From Patescibacteria group bacterium (GTDB taxonomy: Bacteria > Patescibacteriota > Minisyncoccia > UBA6257 > UBA9933): DNA of 58,392 bases. The position numbers and the translations under genes are program-made. Below are positions 45,770 to 54,803 of this stretch, one piece after another. The stretch lies in assembly GCA_038065035.1 (NCBI GenBank), contig JBBTRV010000006.1, positions 1 to 58,392 on the forward strand. The letters are read 5' to 3'. Under the pieces are notes generated by a model that saw only the letters and a program-made list of their open reading frames with translations, was not told where the DNA came from and made no database searches. The stretch's first letter is position 1; each line of letters starts with the position of its first letter.

Positions 45770-46520
45770 AAGCGTGAAACATTGTGAAACATTTTTAACA
45801 TTGAAAATATGAGACAAAACGTTTCACGTCAAACACTTTGTCTCATATTTTCGATGTCATATTTTAAAAAAGTCTTTTTAAAATGTTTCACATTTTTTTG
45901 GCAAACATTTTGCGAACATTTTTATATCTGTCACTAGTCTGATTAAACAATGTTTCACGTTTTACACTGTATATTATCTTATTAACCAATGTTTGCCGTT
46001 TTACATCAATTATAGAAAATGTGTACGATGTTTCACGTTTTACACTTGTTTTTTTAAAATCATAGTGTTTCACGTTTTACATAGGTATTTTGTTCTTTTT
46101 ATAAAATCAGCTATAAATATAAAAATTCTATTTTTTGAAATTCAAAAACAGTATTATAAGCTATATTAATTTATTATATTGAAAATTATCCTTGTACCAA
46201 TGTTTCACGTTTTACACTATGTATTATCTTATTAACCAATGTTTGCCGTTTTACATAAATTATGGAAAATGTGTACGATGTTTCACGTTTTACATCGGAT
46301 TAATTTTTAGATATGATGTTTCACGATTTACACTAGTTATCTCTTATAAAAATGTTTCACACTAATACGTGAAACATTTTTATAGAAACTACATCAAAAA
46401 TATGAGACAAAGTGTTCGACGTGAAACACTTTATCTCATATTTTGAGCATTAAATTTAATAATTGATTATTGTGGATATGTTGCTATCTTTTATATGTGT
46501 ACGATGTTTCACGTTTTACA
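45770..46520 (+). repeat. iteron array: about 9 direct copies of ATGTTTCACGTTTTACA plus inverted half-sites and hairpins
   Basis: Copies start at 45950, 45989, 46028, 46065, 46200, 46239, 46278, 46316 and 46504. A 97-bp unit (45948-46044) is duplicated at 46198-46294. No credible ORF. Confidence 0.8.
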
Positions 46521-46683
46521 TTGGATACGCTAAATATCCTGTTAAAAAATGTTTTCCACATGTTCTTCACATCGGCTTTATTTTACGTATTAAAACTTCC
46601 TCATTAAATAAGGATTTTTATGGCTTAATTTTTAAATTATAAAATATGGATTTATTTATGATTTTTTAGTTATAATAATAACA

Positions 46684-47076
46684 ATGACTAATAAGCAGGA
46701 CTTAGGACAACTTGGTGAAAATATCGCCTGTAGATATCTTGTGGAAAAGAGATATAAAATAGTAGAAAGAAACTTCAGGAAACAGTGGGGAGAGATAGAT
46801 ATTATTGCCAAAGCGCCGGATAAGACATTAGTGTTTGTTGAAGTAAAAACTATTAGGCAATATAATAATGATTTTGTCAATAATGATAACGTCATTTCGG
46901 CAGAAGACCAATTAACCAAGGCAAAATTGCAAAAATTGCAGAGAACCGCTTCTTTGTATGTCGGCTATTATCCGAATCTGGTAGACGATACCAAAGGCTG
47001 GCAAATTGATTTACTTGCCTTGACAATAAAAGAAAATAATTATGTAATTAAACATTATAAGAATATTATATTATGA
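46684..47076 (+). CDS. yraN: YraN-family (UPF0102) endonuclease
   Basis: GENIACRYLVEKRYKIVERNFR...GEIDIIA...LVFVEVKT. Confidence 0.75.
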   Translation: MTNKQDLGQLGENIACRYLVEKRYKIVERNFRKQWGEIDIIAKAPDKTLVFVEVKTIRQYNNDFVNNDNVISAEDQLTKAKLQKLQRTASLYVGYYPNLVDDTKGWQIDLLALTIKENNYVIKHYKNIIL

Positions 47077-47897
47077 TTATTGACGGCAAAAAAATTGCGC
47101 AGGTAATTATTGAGAAATTAAAATCACAACCAAAGCCGGAAAAAATTTTTGCGGCTATTTTGGTTGGCGAAAATCCGCAATCGGAAAGTTTTTTGAAGCA
47201 AAAAGAAAAAGTCGCCAAAGAATTAGGAATTGATTTTCGGATTTATAAATTTTCTGAAGAATTGAAAAATGATGATTTGCGCGAAGAAGTAAGAAAAATC
47301 GCCTTATTAAAAAAAGTTGGCGGAGTGATTGTGCAGTTGCCGTTGCCGGAACATATAAATAAGCACTATATTTTAAATGTCATTCCTCGCGAAAAAGATG
47401 TTGATGTTTTGGGCGAGCGGGCGTTAGGAGCGTTTTATACCGGCCGTAATCCAATATTACCGCCAGCAGTCGGAGTCGTAGATGAAATACTACAAACTAC
47501 AAACTACAAACTACAAACTACTGCAGTCGCGGTAGTTGGCAGAGGATTTTTAGTTGGCAGACCAATCGCTGTTTGGCTGATGGATAAAGTTAAAGAACTT
47601 GGCGTTTTCGGCAGAGAAGGAAATTTATCAGAATTGAAAAATTATGATTTAGTGATTACCGGCGTTGGCAAAGCTGGCTTAATAAAACCGGAAATGTTAA
47701 AGTCCGGAGCGGGCGTTATTGATTTCGGCTATTCAATAGATGAAAACGGCAAAATTCACGGAGATTTTGAAACTAATTTACCAATTAACCAATTAACTAA
47801 TCAACTAAATTTTTACACTCCCACCCCCGCTGGCACTGGTCCGATATTGGTTGCGAAGTTGTTTGAAAACTTTTTTAAATTAATTTCTTTCTTGTAA
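47073..47897 (+). CDS. folD: bifunctional methylene-THF dehydrogenase/cyclohydrolase FolD
   Basis: ILVGENPQSESFLKQK, VQLPLP, VVGRGFLVGRP, PTPAGTGP. Confidence 0.9.
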   Translation: MIIDGKKIAQVIIEKLKSQPKPEKIFAAILVGENPQSESFLKQKEKVAKELGIDFRIYKFSEELKNDDLREEVRKIALLKKVGGVIVQLPLPEHINKHYILNVIPREKDVDVLGERALGAFYTGRNPILPPAVGVVDEILQTTNYKLQTTAVAVVGRGFLVGRPIAVWLMDKVKELGVFGREGNLSELKNYDLVITGVGKAGLIKPEMLKSGAGVIDFGYSIDENGKIHGDFETNLPINQLTNQLNFYTPTPAGTGPILVAKLFENFFKLISFL

Positions 47898-48054
47898 TTT
47901 GCCAAACCCCAAGCACATAAAAAATTATGTGCTCGGCCGAGCATATAAATTTATGAATTTATATGCTCTGGTTTTTGAGAATTTTTATAAATTAAACACT
48001 GGCTAATTTTATTATTAAGTGGCAAATTAAAATAAAATTTGTTAATATTAAGAT

Positions 48055-48282
48055 ATGGAAAAAATTAAAAAACTTCAAAGAATTCCGGAAAAGGGATGGA
48101 TTGCCGGAATCTGCGTCGGATTCGCTTATTATTTTGCAGAGCCGGTTTGGGTGATTAGATTAATCTGGACGGCGGCGGTATTCTTAGGAATGGGTTCTGG
48201 ATTGTTTCTTTATATTTTATTGTGGATATTTATGCCAAAAATAAAAGCAACTCCCGAAGATTATAATGAAAAAGTCGCTTAA
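48055..48282 (+). CDS. PspC-domain membrane protein
   Basis: LQRIPEKGWIAGICVGFAYYF...VIRLIW. Confidence 0.7.
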   Translation: MEKIKKLQRIPEKGWIAGICVGFAYYFAEPVWVIRLIWTAAVFLGMGSGLFLYILLWIFMPKIKATPEDYNEKVA

Positions 48283-48284
48283 TA

Positions 48285-48440
48285 ATGGTTGTCGCTTCGA
48301 TAATAAAAGCCGCTTTCGCAACCTCAATAATCTCCGTTGTATTTCTTATGCGGCAGTTAGACAGGCTGAAGTTATTTGAAGGAATGATTGGCGAAAGCTC
48401 AGCACAGGATGTTTTAGATATTATTGCGGGCAAAAAATGA
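48285..48440 (+). CDS. 51-aa hydrophobic small protein (hypothetical)
   Basis: Below the track cutoff. ATG lies 2 nt after the PspC stop, and its stop overlaps the next ATG (ATGA). MVVASIIKAAFATSIISVVFLMRQLDRLKLFEGMIGESSAQDVLDIIAGKK. Confidence 0.4.
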   Translation: MVVASIIKAAFATSIISVVFLMRQLDRLKLFEGMIGESSAQDVLDIIAGKK

Positions 48441-49087
48441 TTATGAAAGTTATTCCGGACAAAACGTTAATTAAAATACCAGTTAAAGACAATGGCGAAA
48501 AATTAACTGATATAAAATCAATTTGCTCCAATATATCAATCAACATCGACCCTAAGAGCCAAAGGGTGGAAAAATTACCATTTGATACATGTTATCTTCG
48601 CATTGGCGTAACAAAAAGATTATGCAGGGCTCAAAAATTATTGCCTAATGGTTTCCGCATTATGATTTGGAGCGGCCATCGGGCTATGAAAATCCAAAAA
48701 AAGTTATATTTTGACCAATTTCGAAAGTTTAAAAAACAATATCCAAATTGGCCGAAAGAAAAAATAAAACAAGAAACAGATAAATTTGTGGCCCCGATAG
48801 AAATAATGCCGCCGCACACCACTGGCGGAGCAGTTGATTGCACTATTATTGATATTCATGGCAGGCAATTAAATATGGGGACTGCCATAGACAATTTTAC
48901 AAAGCGATCATACACAAATTCAAAAGTAATTTCAAAAGAAGCAAAAAAGAATAGATTATTATTAATTAATATAATGACAAAAGCAGGATTTGTGAATTAT
49001 CCTCCGGAATGGTGGCATTGGTCGTATGGCGACAGATACTGGGCCGCTGTTTTAAATAAAAAATTTTCAATTTATAAAGGAATATAA
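48437..49087 (+). CDS. M15-family D-Ala-D-Ala dipeptidase (VanX/DdpX-like)
   Basis: SGHR, HTTGGAVD, EWWHWSYGD zinc/catalytic motifs. Confidence 0.75.
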   Translation: MIMKVIPDKTLIKIPVKDNGEKLTDIKSICSNISINIDPKSQRVEKLPFDTCYLRIGVTKRLCRAQKLLPNGFRIMIWSGHRAMKIQKKLYFDQFRKFKKQYPNWPKEKIKQETDKFVAPIEIMPPHTTGGAVDCTIIDIHGRQLNMGTAIDNFTKRSYTNSKVISKEAKKNRLLLINIMTKAGFVNYPPEWWHWSYGDRYWAAVLNKKFSIYKGI

Positions 49088-49099
49088 ATATTTATTTTA

Positions 49100-49423
49100 A
49101 TGCCTACTAAATACATATTTTTATCATTAATGTCGCTGGCGGTCGCTTTAGAAATTGTGGCGGATGTGTTATTTAAAAAATGGTCGCTTGGAAATAAGAA
49201 TTATTTATTGATTGCAGGGCTGGCAATTTATATGATAGGCACTTTTTTCTGGGCGTATTCACTAAAATTTGAACATCTTTCAAAAGCTATTTCTGTTTTC
49301 GCGGTTTTAAATCTGATCATTCTCGTACTCGTCGGAGTTTTTATTTTTAAAGAAAATCTTTCTCTGGTGAATAAGATTGGCATTATTCTTGGAATTATAG
49401 GAATTATATTGATTGAAATGTAA
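49100..49423 (+). CDS. SMR/EamA-like 4-TM small transporter
   Basis: 107 aa with 4 TM helices and a membrane-embedded Glu (AVALEIVADV). Confidence 0.65.
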   Translation: MPTKYIFLSLMSLAVALEIVADVLFKKWSLGNKNYLLIAGLAIYMIGTFFWAYSLKFEHLSKAISVFAVLNLIILVLVGVFIFKENLSLVNKIGIILGIIGIILIEM

Positions 49424-49451
49424 TGCGTTGCGGTATTATTAATCTAGAATT

Positions 49452-50375
49452 TTACAGATTAAGCAAGGAGTAAATTTTATTAATTAAATTATCAATAATT
49501 TCTTTTTTTGTCGATTCAATATTCAATCTTATTGCCGGCTCGGTGTTTGATGGACGTAAATTAAACCACCATTCATTAGATTCAATTGTTAATCCATCAA
49601 GGTAAAAAATTTTTAATTGGTTAGAAAATTGATTTTTAAAAATTTCTTCGATTTCTTTTAAGATATTTTTCATTTCGCGATTTTCAGCTGGCAATTCAAT
49701 ATTAATTTCTCCACTCCGATAATATTGCGGCAGTAAATCATTAAAGTTAGCTATTGAATAAGGCAGTTTTGAAATAGCGTTAATAACTTCAATTGCGGTT
49801 AAAATTCCGGAATCAATATAAGAAATTTCTTTTTTATCGCTGATTGGAAAATAATAATGGCCGGATTTTTCCGCTCCAAAATCAGCTTTAATTTCTTGCA
49901 TTAGTTTTTTAATAAAATAATGGCCGGCCCTAGAAGTCGTAAGTCTTAAGTCTTTAGTCGCTAGTCTTTTAACAAGCCAGCCAGTTCTTGAGTCAATTAC
50001 GATTTTTTTTGGCTTTAGATGCCAGATTAATAATTTACTAATAACATCGGGATCAATAAAGCGGCCAAGATTATCAATAAAAAATACCCGATCGCCGTCA
50101 GCGTCAAAAATAACTCCTAAATCAACTTTTTGTTTTTTTACTTCTTGTTGAAGTTGGTTTAAAGCGTTTGAAGCCAATGGATTCGGCCTATGAGCCGGAA
50201 AATCACCATTGGGCGTCTGATTAATTAGTTGATAGTCAATTAGTGAATTGGTTTTAAATAATTCTTTTAAAATCAATCCGGTCGTACCGTTAGAACAATC
50301 AAAAACAATTTTTAATTTTTTGTCAGAATGCAATCTTTTTTTAAGAAAGTCCACATAAATTTTTATATAATTCAT
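49452..50375 (-). CDS. phosphomannomutase/phosphoglucomutase, C-terminal fragment (domains II-IV)
   Basis: Metal loop FDADGDR, sugar loop GAEKSGHYYF, and C-terminal RPSNTEP. Separated from the domain-I fragment by stops in all three frames. Confidence 0.7.
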   Translation of the reverse strand: MNYIKIYVDFLKKRLHSDKKLKIVFDCSNGTTGLILKELFKTNSLIDYQLINQTPNGDFPAHRPNPLASNALNQLQQEVKKQKVDLGVIFDADGDRVFFIDNLGRFIDPDVISKLLIWHLKPKKIVIDSRTGWLVKRLATKDLRLTTSRAGHYFIKKLMQEIKADFGAEKSGHYYFPISDKKEISYIDSGILTAIEVINAISKLPYSIANFNDLLPQYYRSGEINIELPAENREMKNILKEIEEIFKNQFSNQLKIFYLDGLTIESNEWWFNLRPSNTEPAIRLNIESTKKEIIDNLINKIYSLLNL

Positions 50376-50403
50376 AAAATTTAAAACCAAATTAACTAAT
50401 TAA

Positions 50404-50826
50404 CTAATTTACCAACTTACTAACTTCTTCTCCACTTATTGGCATAGCATTTTTGCCGACGATTTTTAAACCATTATATTCTTTTGGGTTGTGGCTGGCC
50501 GTAATCATTATTCCTAAATCAGCATTAAAATAATTAGCTAAAAAATAAAACATCGGCGTAGTTGATAATCCTATTTTAATAATTGCTAATTGCTGATTGC
50601 TAATTGTTAATTGTTCAATTATTGCGTGATAAAGAGTAGGCGAGCTTAGCCGGGTGTCATGAGCAACTGCAATTTTTAATTTTTCATTTTTAATTTTGAA
50701 TTTTGAAATAAACAAAGAAATAATTACACAAACTATTTCTTCGTTTATTTCAGCGGGGTATTTGCCGCGGATGTCGTAAGCGCGAAAAATTTTATGATTT
50801 ATATTTATTTTATTTGTAGTTTCCAT
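50404..50826 (-). CDS. phosphomannomutase/phosphoglucomutase, N-terminal fragment (domain I)
   Basis: FRAYDIRG and the phosphoserine loop TASHNP. Ends ...GEEVSKLVN* inside a taattag-type micro-repeat. Confidence 0.75.
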   Translation of the reverse strand: METTNKININHKIFRAYDIRGKYPAEINEEIVCVIISLFISKFKIKNEKLKIAVAHDTRLSSPTLYHAIIEQLTISNQQLAIIKIGLSTTPMFYFLANYFNADLGIMITASHNPKEYNGLKIVGKNAMPISGEEVSKLVN

Positions 50827-50870
50827 TACATTGATTTTATCAGCAATTGGAGTTAAATTAAATAGATATA

Positions 50871-53003
50871 ATGTCCCGCAAAAATAAAAAAAATAAAAAA
50901 GAAGATTCGTCTCAGTTTTTTGACGATTTTCGCCTTCATCCGGAAACGAAAAAAAGCGTTTGGGCGGTAATTTTTATCGGCGTTGCCATAATTTTATTTT
51001 TGGCGAGCTTTAAAAGCGCCGGACCTTTCGGCAATTTCGCTTACGCAATTTTTGAAAAACTTTTCGGCTGGGGCTATTATCTTTTACCTTTGATTTTTTT
51101 GATAATGGCCGGCGTTTTTCTAGCTTCCGAGCGCCGCCGGATTTATGTGATTACTTTTTTAGGCGCGGTGATGTTTGTTTTAGCCGGTCTTGGTCTTATT
51201 GATATTGTTTTTCCGGAAAGTGGAGGCTTAACAGGCAAAGCAGTTGGTTTATTAGAAGTCTTTTTTGGTTATTGGGCTTCTATTATAGTTTCTTTGATTA
51301 TTTTGGCCGCATCGCTATTGATTGTTTTTAATCTTAGGATAAAAATTCCCCAAAGATTAAAAGCGTTAAAAGCAGACGAAAAAACAGAAACTTTGAAAAA
51401 GACTGAGGTTGAAAAAGTGGAAGAAGCGATTTTTGCCGCAGGCGATGAGAATGAAAATGAAGAAGTTAAAGCAGAAAAAGAAGTGGAACAGATAGCGATT
51501 AAAGATAAGATAACTCAAGTTATGGGATTAAAACAAAAAAGGAGCGCGCTTATTGGAAATTCGAACGTCAATTATGTTGCTCCACCGTTGGATTTATTGA
51601 GGTCTTCGGTTGAAAAGCCGACAGTCGGCGACTTGCGGGCAAGCGCCAATATTATTAAAAGAACATTGGAGGGCTTTGGCATTTCCGTAGAAATGGGAGA
51701 AATTAATATTGGGCCGAAAGTAACGCGCTATACCTTAAAGCCGGCTGAAGGCGTGAAGCTTTCCCGTATTACCGCTTTGAATTCTGATTTGGCTTTGGCA
51801 TTAGCGGCGCATCCGATAAGAATTGAAGCGCCGATTCCCGGGAAGTCTTTAGTCGGCATTGAAGTGCCGAATAAGGTCGCGGCTATTGTCCGGCTTGGCA
51901 GTCTGCTTAATTATCAAGATTTTTACGCTTCCGGACCATTAGGCTTTGTGCTGGGAAGAGACGTTAATGGCGACCCGATTTTTTCCGATATTGAGAAGAT
52001 GCCGCATATTTTAATTGCCGGCTCGACCGGTTCCGGCAAATCAATCTCTATTCACTCTCTCATAATTTCGCTTTTGTATAAAAATTCTCCGCAGACTTTA
52101 AGAATGATTTTAATCGACCCGAAAAGAGTGGAACTTTCGGTCTATGACGGCTTGCCTCATCTGATTTCTCCTGTTATCACCCAGCCGAAGAAAACGATTA
52201 ATGTTTTTCGTTGGCTGATTGATGAAATGGACAGGCGTTATGAAACTTTGCTTCAGGCCGGTTCGCGCGATATCCAAAGCTATAATAAAAAGAATGATAA
52301 TCCGCTTCCTTATGTTTTGGTGGTAATTGATGAATTAGCTGATTTGATGGCTAGTTACGGACGGGAAATAGAAGGCGCTATTGTGCGATTGGCGCAAATG
52401 GCGCGCGCTACCGGCATTCATTTGGTTGTTTCTACTCAAAGGCCGTCGGTGGAAGTGATTACCGGATTGATAAAAGCCAATATTACTTCAAGAATTGCTT
52501 TGCAGGTGGCTTCGCAGGTTGATTCGCGGACTATTCTTGATTGCGCCGGCGCGGAAAAGCTTCTTGGAGGAGGCGATATGCTTTTTATTTCTTCTGAATT
52601 ATCAAAGCCGAAAAGAATTCAGGGCGCTTATATTTCCGAAGAAGAAATTAATAAAGTTTCCAAGTTTATAAAGGAAAATAATAAGAATTATGTTTTAAAA
52701 GAAGGAGAAAGCGGAGAATCTATTTTTGAAAATGGCGAACAGGCGGAAGGCGGAATAAATAACGACAAGGAAGATATGTTTGATAAATATTCCAATGACG
52801 ATGATGACGAGCTTCTTGATGAAGCGGTGGAGACGGTGAAAGCGGCCCAAAAAGCTTCAGCTTCATTGTTGCAACGGAGATTAAAAGTCGGCTATGCCCG
52901 CGCCGCCAGGCTGCTTGATATTATGGAGGCTAAGGGCATAATTGGTCCAGGAGACGGAGCTAAGCCAAGGGAGGTGTATATTGATAAGATGACTAATGAC
53001 TAA
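50871..53003 (+). CDS. ftsK: DNA translocase FtsK/SpoIIIE
   Basis: N-terminal TM helices, GSTGSGKS, and a C-terminal gamma winged helix (LLQRRLKVGYARAARLLDIME). Confidence 0.9.
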   Translation: MSRKNKKNKKEDSSQFFDDFRLHPETKKSVWAVIFIGVAIILFLASFKSAGPFGNFAYAIFEKLFGWGYYLLPLIFLIMAGVFLASERRRIYVITFLGAVMFVLAGLGLIDIVFPESGGLTGKAVGLLEVFFGYWASIIVSLIILAASLLIVFNLRIKIPQRLKALKADEKTETLKKTEVEKVEEAIFAAGDENENEEVKAEKEVEQIAIKDKITQVMGLKQKRSALIGNSNVNYVAPPLDLLRSSVEKPTVGDLRASANIIKRTLEGFGISVEMGEINIGPKVTRYTLKPAEGVKLSRITALNSDLALALAAHPIRIEAPIPGKSLVGIEVPNKVAAIVRLGSLLNYQDFYASGPLGFVLGRDVNGDPIFSDIEKMPHILIAGSTGSGKSISIHSLIISLLYKNSPQTLRMILIDPKRVELSVYDGLPHLISPVITQPKKTINVFRWLIDEMDRRYETLLQAGSRDIQSYNKKNDNPLPYVLVVIDELADLMASYGREIEGAIVRLAQMARATGIHLVVSTQRPSVEVITGLIKANITSRIALQVASQVDSRTILDCAGAEKLLGGGDMLFISSELSKPKRIQGAYISEEEINKVSKFIKENNKNYVLKEGESGESIFENGEQAEGGINNDKEDMFDKYSNDDDDELLDEAVETVKAAQKASASLLQRRLKVGYARAARLLDIMEAKGIIGPGDGAKPREVYIDKMTND

Positions 53004-53016
53004 TAATTTATAGCAT

Positions 53017-53649
53017 ATGGATAATCAAAAAAATTTCCACGAATTTTTCAGTGAGATAGTTAAAAATAGCGGTTCAAGTATTGAAAAGCTGGCTGAATTG
53101 ACAAGCATTTCTCCGCGTTATTTAAAGGCTTTTTGCGATGGCGATTTTAAAAAATTGCCGTCTTTGCCGTATGTGCGCGGATATTTAATGAAAATCTCCA
53201 ATATTTTAGGGATTGATGGCCAAGAATTATGGTCGGCTTATAAAGAAGAATTAAAAGCAAAAATTGTCATTGATGATACGTTGCCGTTAAATCGTTTTGC
53301 TCTAAAGCCAAGAAGTTTTAAAAATTTGGCAATTGGAATTGTTATAATTTTTGCTATAATATTCTTAGTCTGGAGATTGGATGATCTGCTCGGCATTCCT
53401 AAGATTGAAATTGCCAATCCGGCAAATGATTTAATTATCAATGAAGATATTATCAATATAAAAGGAACTATCAATAATTACAGGGATAAATTATTGATTA
53501 ATAATGAAGAAGTTTTTATCGCTAAAGACGGAAAATTCGAAAAAGAATATCGCCTTGCTCCGGGAGTTAATAACATAGAATTTCGCTTAAAAAGATTTTT
53601 AGGCAAAGAAACAAGCGAAGTCAGGCGGGTAATATACCAGTCGCAATAA
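53017..53649 (+). CDS. RodZ-like HTH membrane protein
   Basis: N-terminal HTH ([17 protein letters not shown]...YVRGYL), one TM helix and a beta-rich C-terminus. Confidence 0.6.
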   Translation: MDNQKNFHEFFSEIVKNSGSSIEKLAELTSISPRYLKAFCDGDFKKLPSLPYVRGYLMKISNILGIDGQELWSAYKEELKAKIVIDDTLPLNRFALKPRSFKNLAIGIVIIFAIIFLVWRLDDLLGIPKIEIANPANDLIINEDIINIKGTINNYRDKLLINNEEVFIAKDGKFEKEYRLAPGVNNIEFRLKRFLGKETSEVRRVIYQSQ

Positions 53650-53663
53650 AAAATATTAAATTT

Positions 53664-54671
53664 ATGATTAAACAAAAAAACACAGAAGAAAAAAATGATT
53701 TAGAAAAATTTTTGGAATCATTGCAGGATAAATTCGGCGAAGGGGCGATTATGAAGCTTGGCGATGTAAAAAAGGTCAATGTTGATATTGTGCCGACAGG
53801 TTCTTTTTCATTGGATTTAGCTTTAGGAGTGGGCGGTTTTCCAAGGGGAAGAATAATCGAAGTTTTTGGTCCGGAAAGTTCCGGGAAAACCACTTTGGCT
53901 CTTCATGCCGTTGCTGAGGCGCAAAAGAATGGCGGCAAAGCGGCTTTTATTGACGCTGAGCATGCGATGGATCCGGAATACGCTAAAAAAATAGGCGTAA
54001 AAATAAATGATTTGATTATTTCTCAGCCGGACAGCGGCGAAGAAGCTTTGAATATTTTGGAAAGCTTGGTGCGTTCGCAGATGTTTGATGTTATTGTTAT
54101 TGATTCAGTGGCGGCCTTGACTCCGAAAGCGGAAATCGAAGGCGAAATGGGGGCGCAGTTTATCGGTCTTCAAGCCCGCATGATGTCGCAAGCGCTTAGA
54201 AAATTAACCGCTATTTCCGCCAAATCAAATACTTTGATAATTTTTATCAATCAGCTTCGGGAAAAAATCGGCATGATGGGCTATGGCGAGCCGACAACCA
54301 CTCCTGGCGGACGGGCGTTGAAATTTTACGCTTCAGTGAGAATTGATATTCGGCGCATCGCTCAAATTAAGAAAGGAGAAGAAGTTGTCGGCAACCGCGT
54401 TAGGGCCAAGGTAGCAAAAAATAAAGTGGCGCCACCGTTTAAAATCGCGGAGTTTGACATTATGTACGGCGAAGGTATTTCTTATAGCGGCGATATTTTA
54501 AATACGGCTATTAAATATGGCGTTGTTGCTAAATCCGGCAATACTTACAGCTTTGAAAGCGAAAAGCTTGGCGTTGGCATTGAGGCGTCGCGGGAAAAGC
54601 TCAAAGAAGACAAAGTTTTATTGAATAAAATTAAAAAATCTGTTCAATCGGCAATAGCCGTGAAAGTTTGA
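53664..54671 (+). CDS. recA: recombinase RecA
   Basis: [21 protein letters not shown], and L2 loop region. Confidence 0.95.
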   Translation: MIKQKNTEEKNDLEKFLESLQDKFGEGAIMKLGDVKKVNVDIVPTGSFSLDLALGVGGFPRGRIIEVFGPESSGKTTLALHAVAEAQKNGGKAAFIDAEHAMDPEYAKKIGVKINDLIISQPDSGEEALNILESLVRSQMFDVIVIDSVAALTPKAEIEGEMGAQFIGLQARMMSQALRKLTAISAKSNTLIIFINQLREKIGMMGYGEPTTTPGGRALKFYASVRIDIRRIAQIKKGEEVVGNRVRAKVAKNKVAPPFKIAEFDIMYGEGISYSGDILNTAIKYGVVAKSGNTYSFESEKLGVGIEASREKLKEDKVLLNKIKKSVQSAIAVKV

Positions 54672-54803
54672 TTTTGTTTTTAAAATAGAGTATTATTTTC
54701 CATCCAACAAATAAAAGAGAAATACCATTTGGTGCTTTTAGATTAATTTTAAGGCAAGCCAGGTTAGAAGAAAAAGATTTTGAAAAATAAGTTGTTTACA
54801 ACT

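Noticed and set aside
45888-46073. 61-aa minus-strand ORF with repeated VKRET peptide units
   Set aside because: The repeats are just the translated iterons. The second, near-identical iteron cluster has no equivalent ORF, and there is no SD. Treated as non-coding.
45948-46332. Possible CRISPR array (regular ~38-bp repeat spacing)
   Set aside because: The repeats are only about 17-20 bp and degenerate. The 'spacers' are duplicated between the two clusters (a 97-bp unit duplication), and there are no cas genes in the window.
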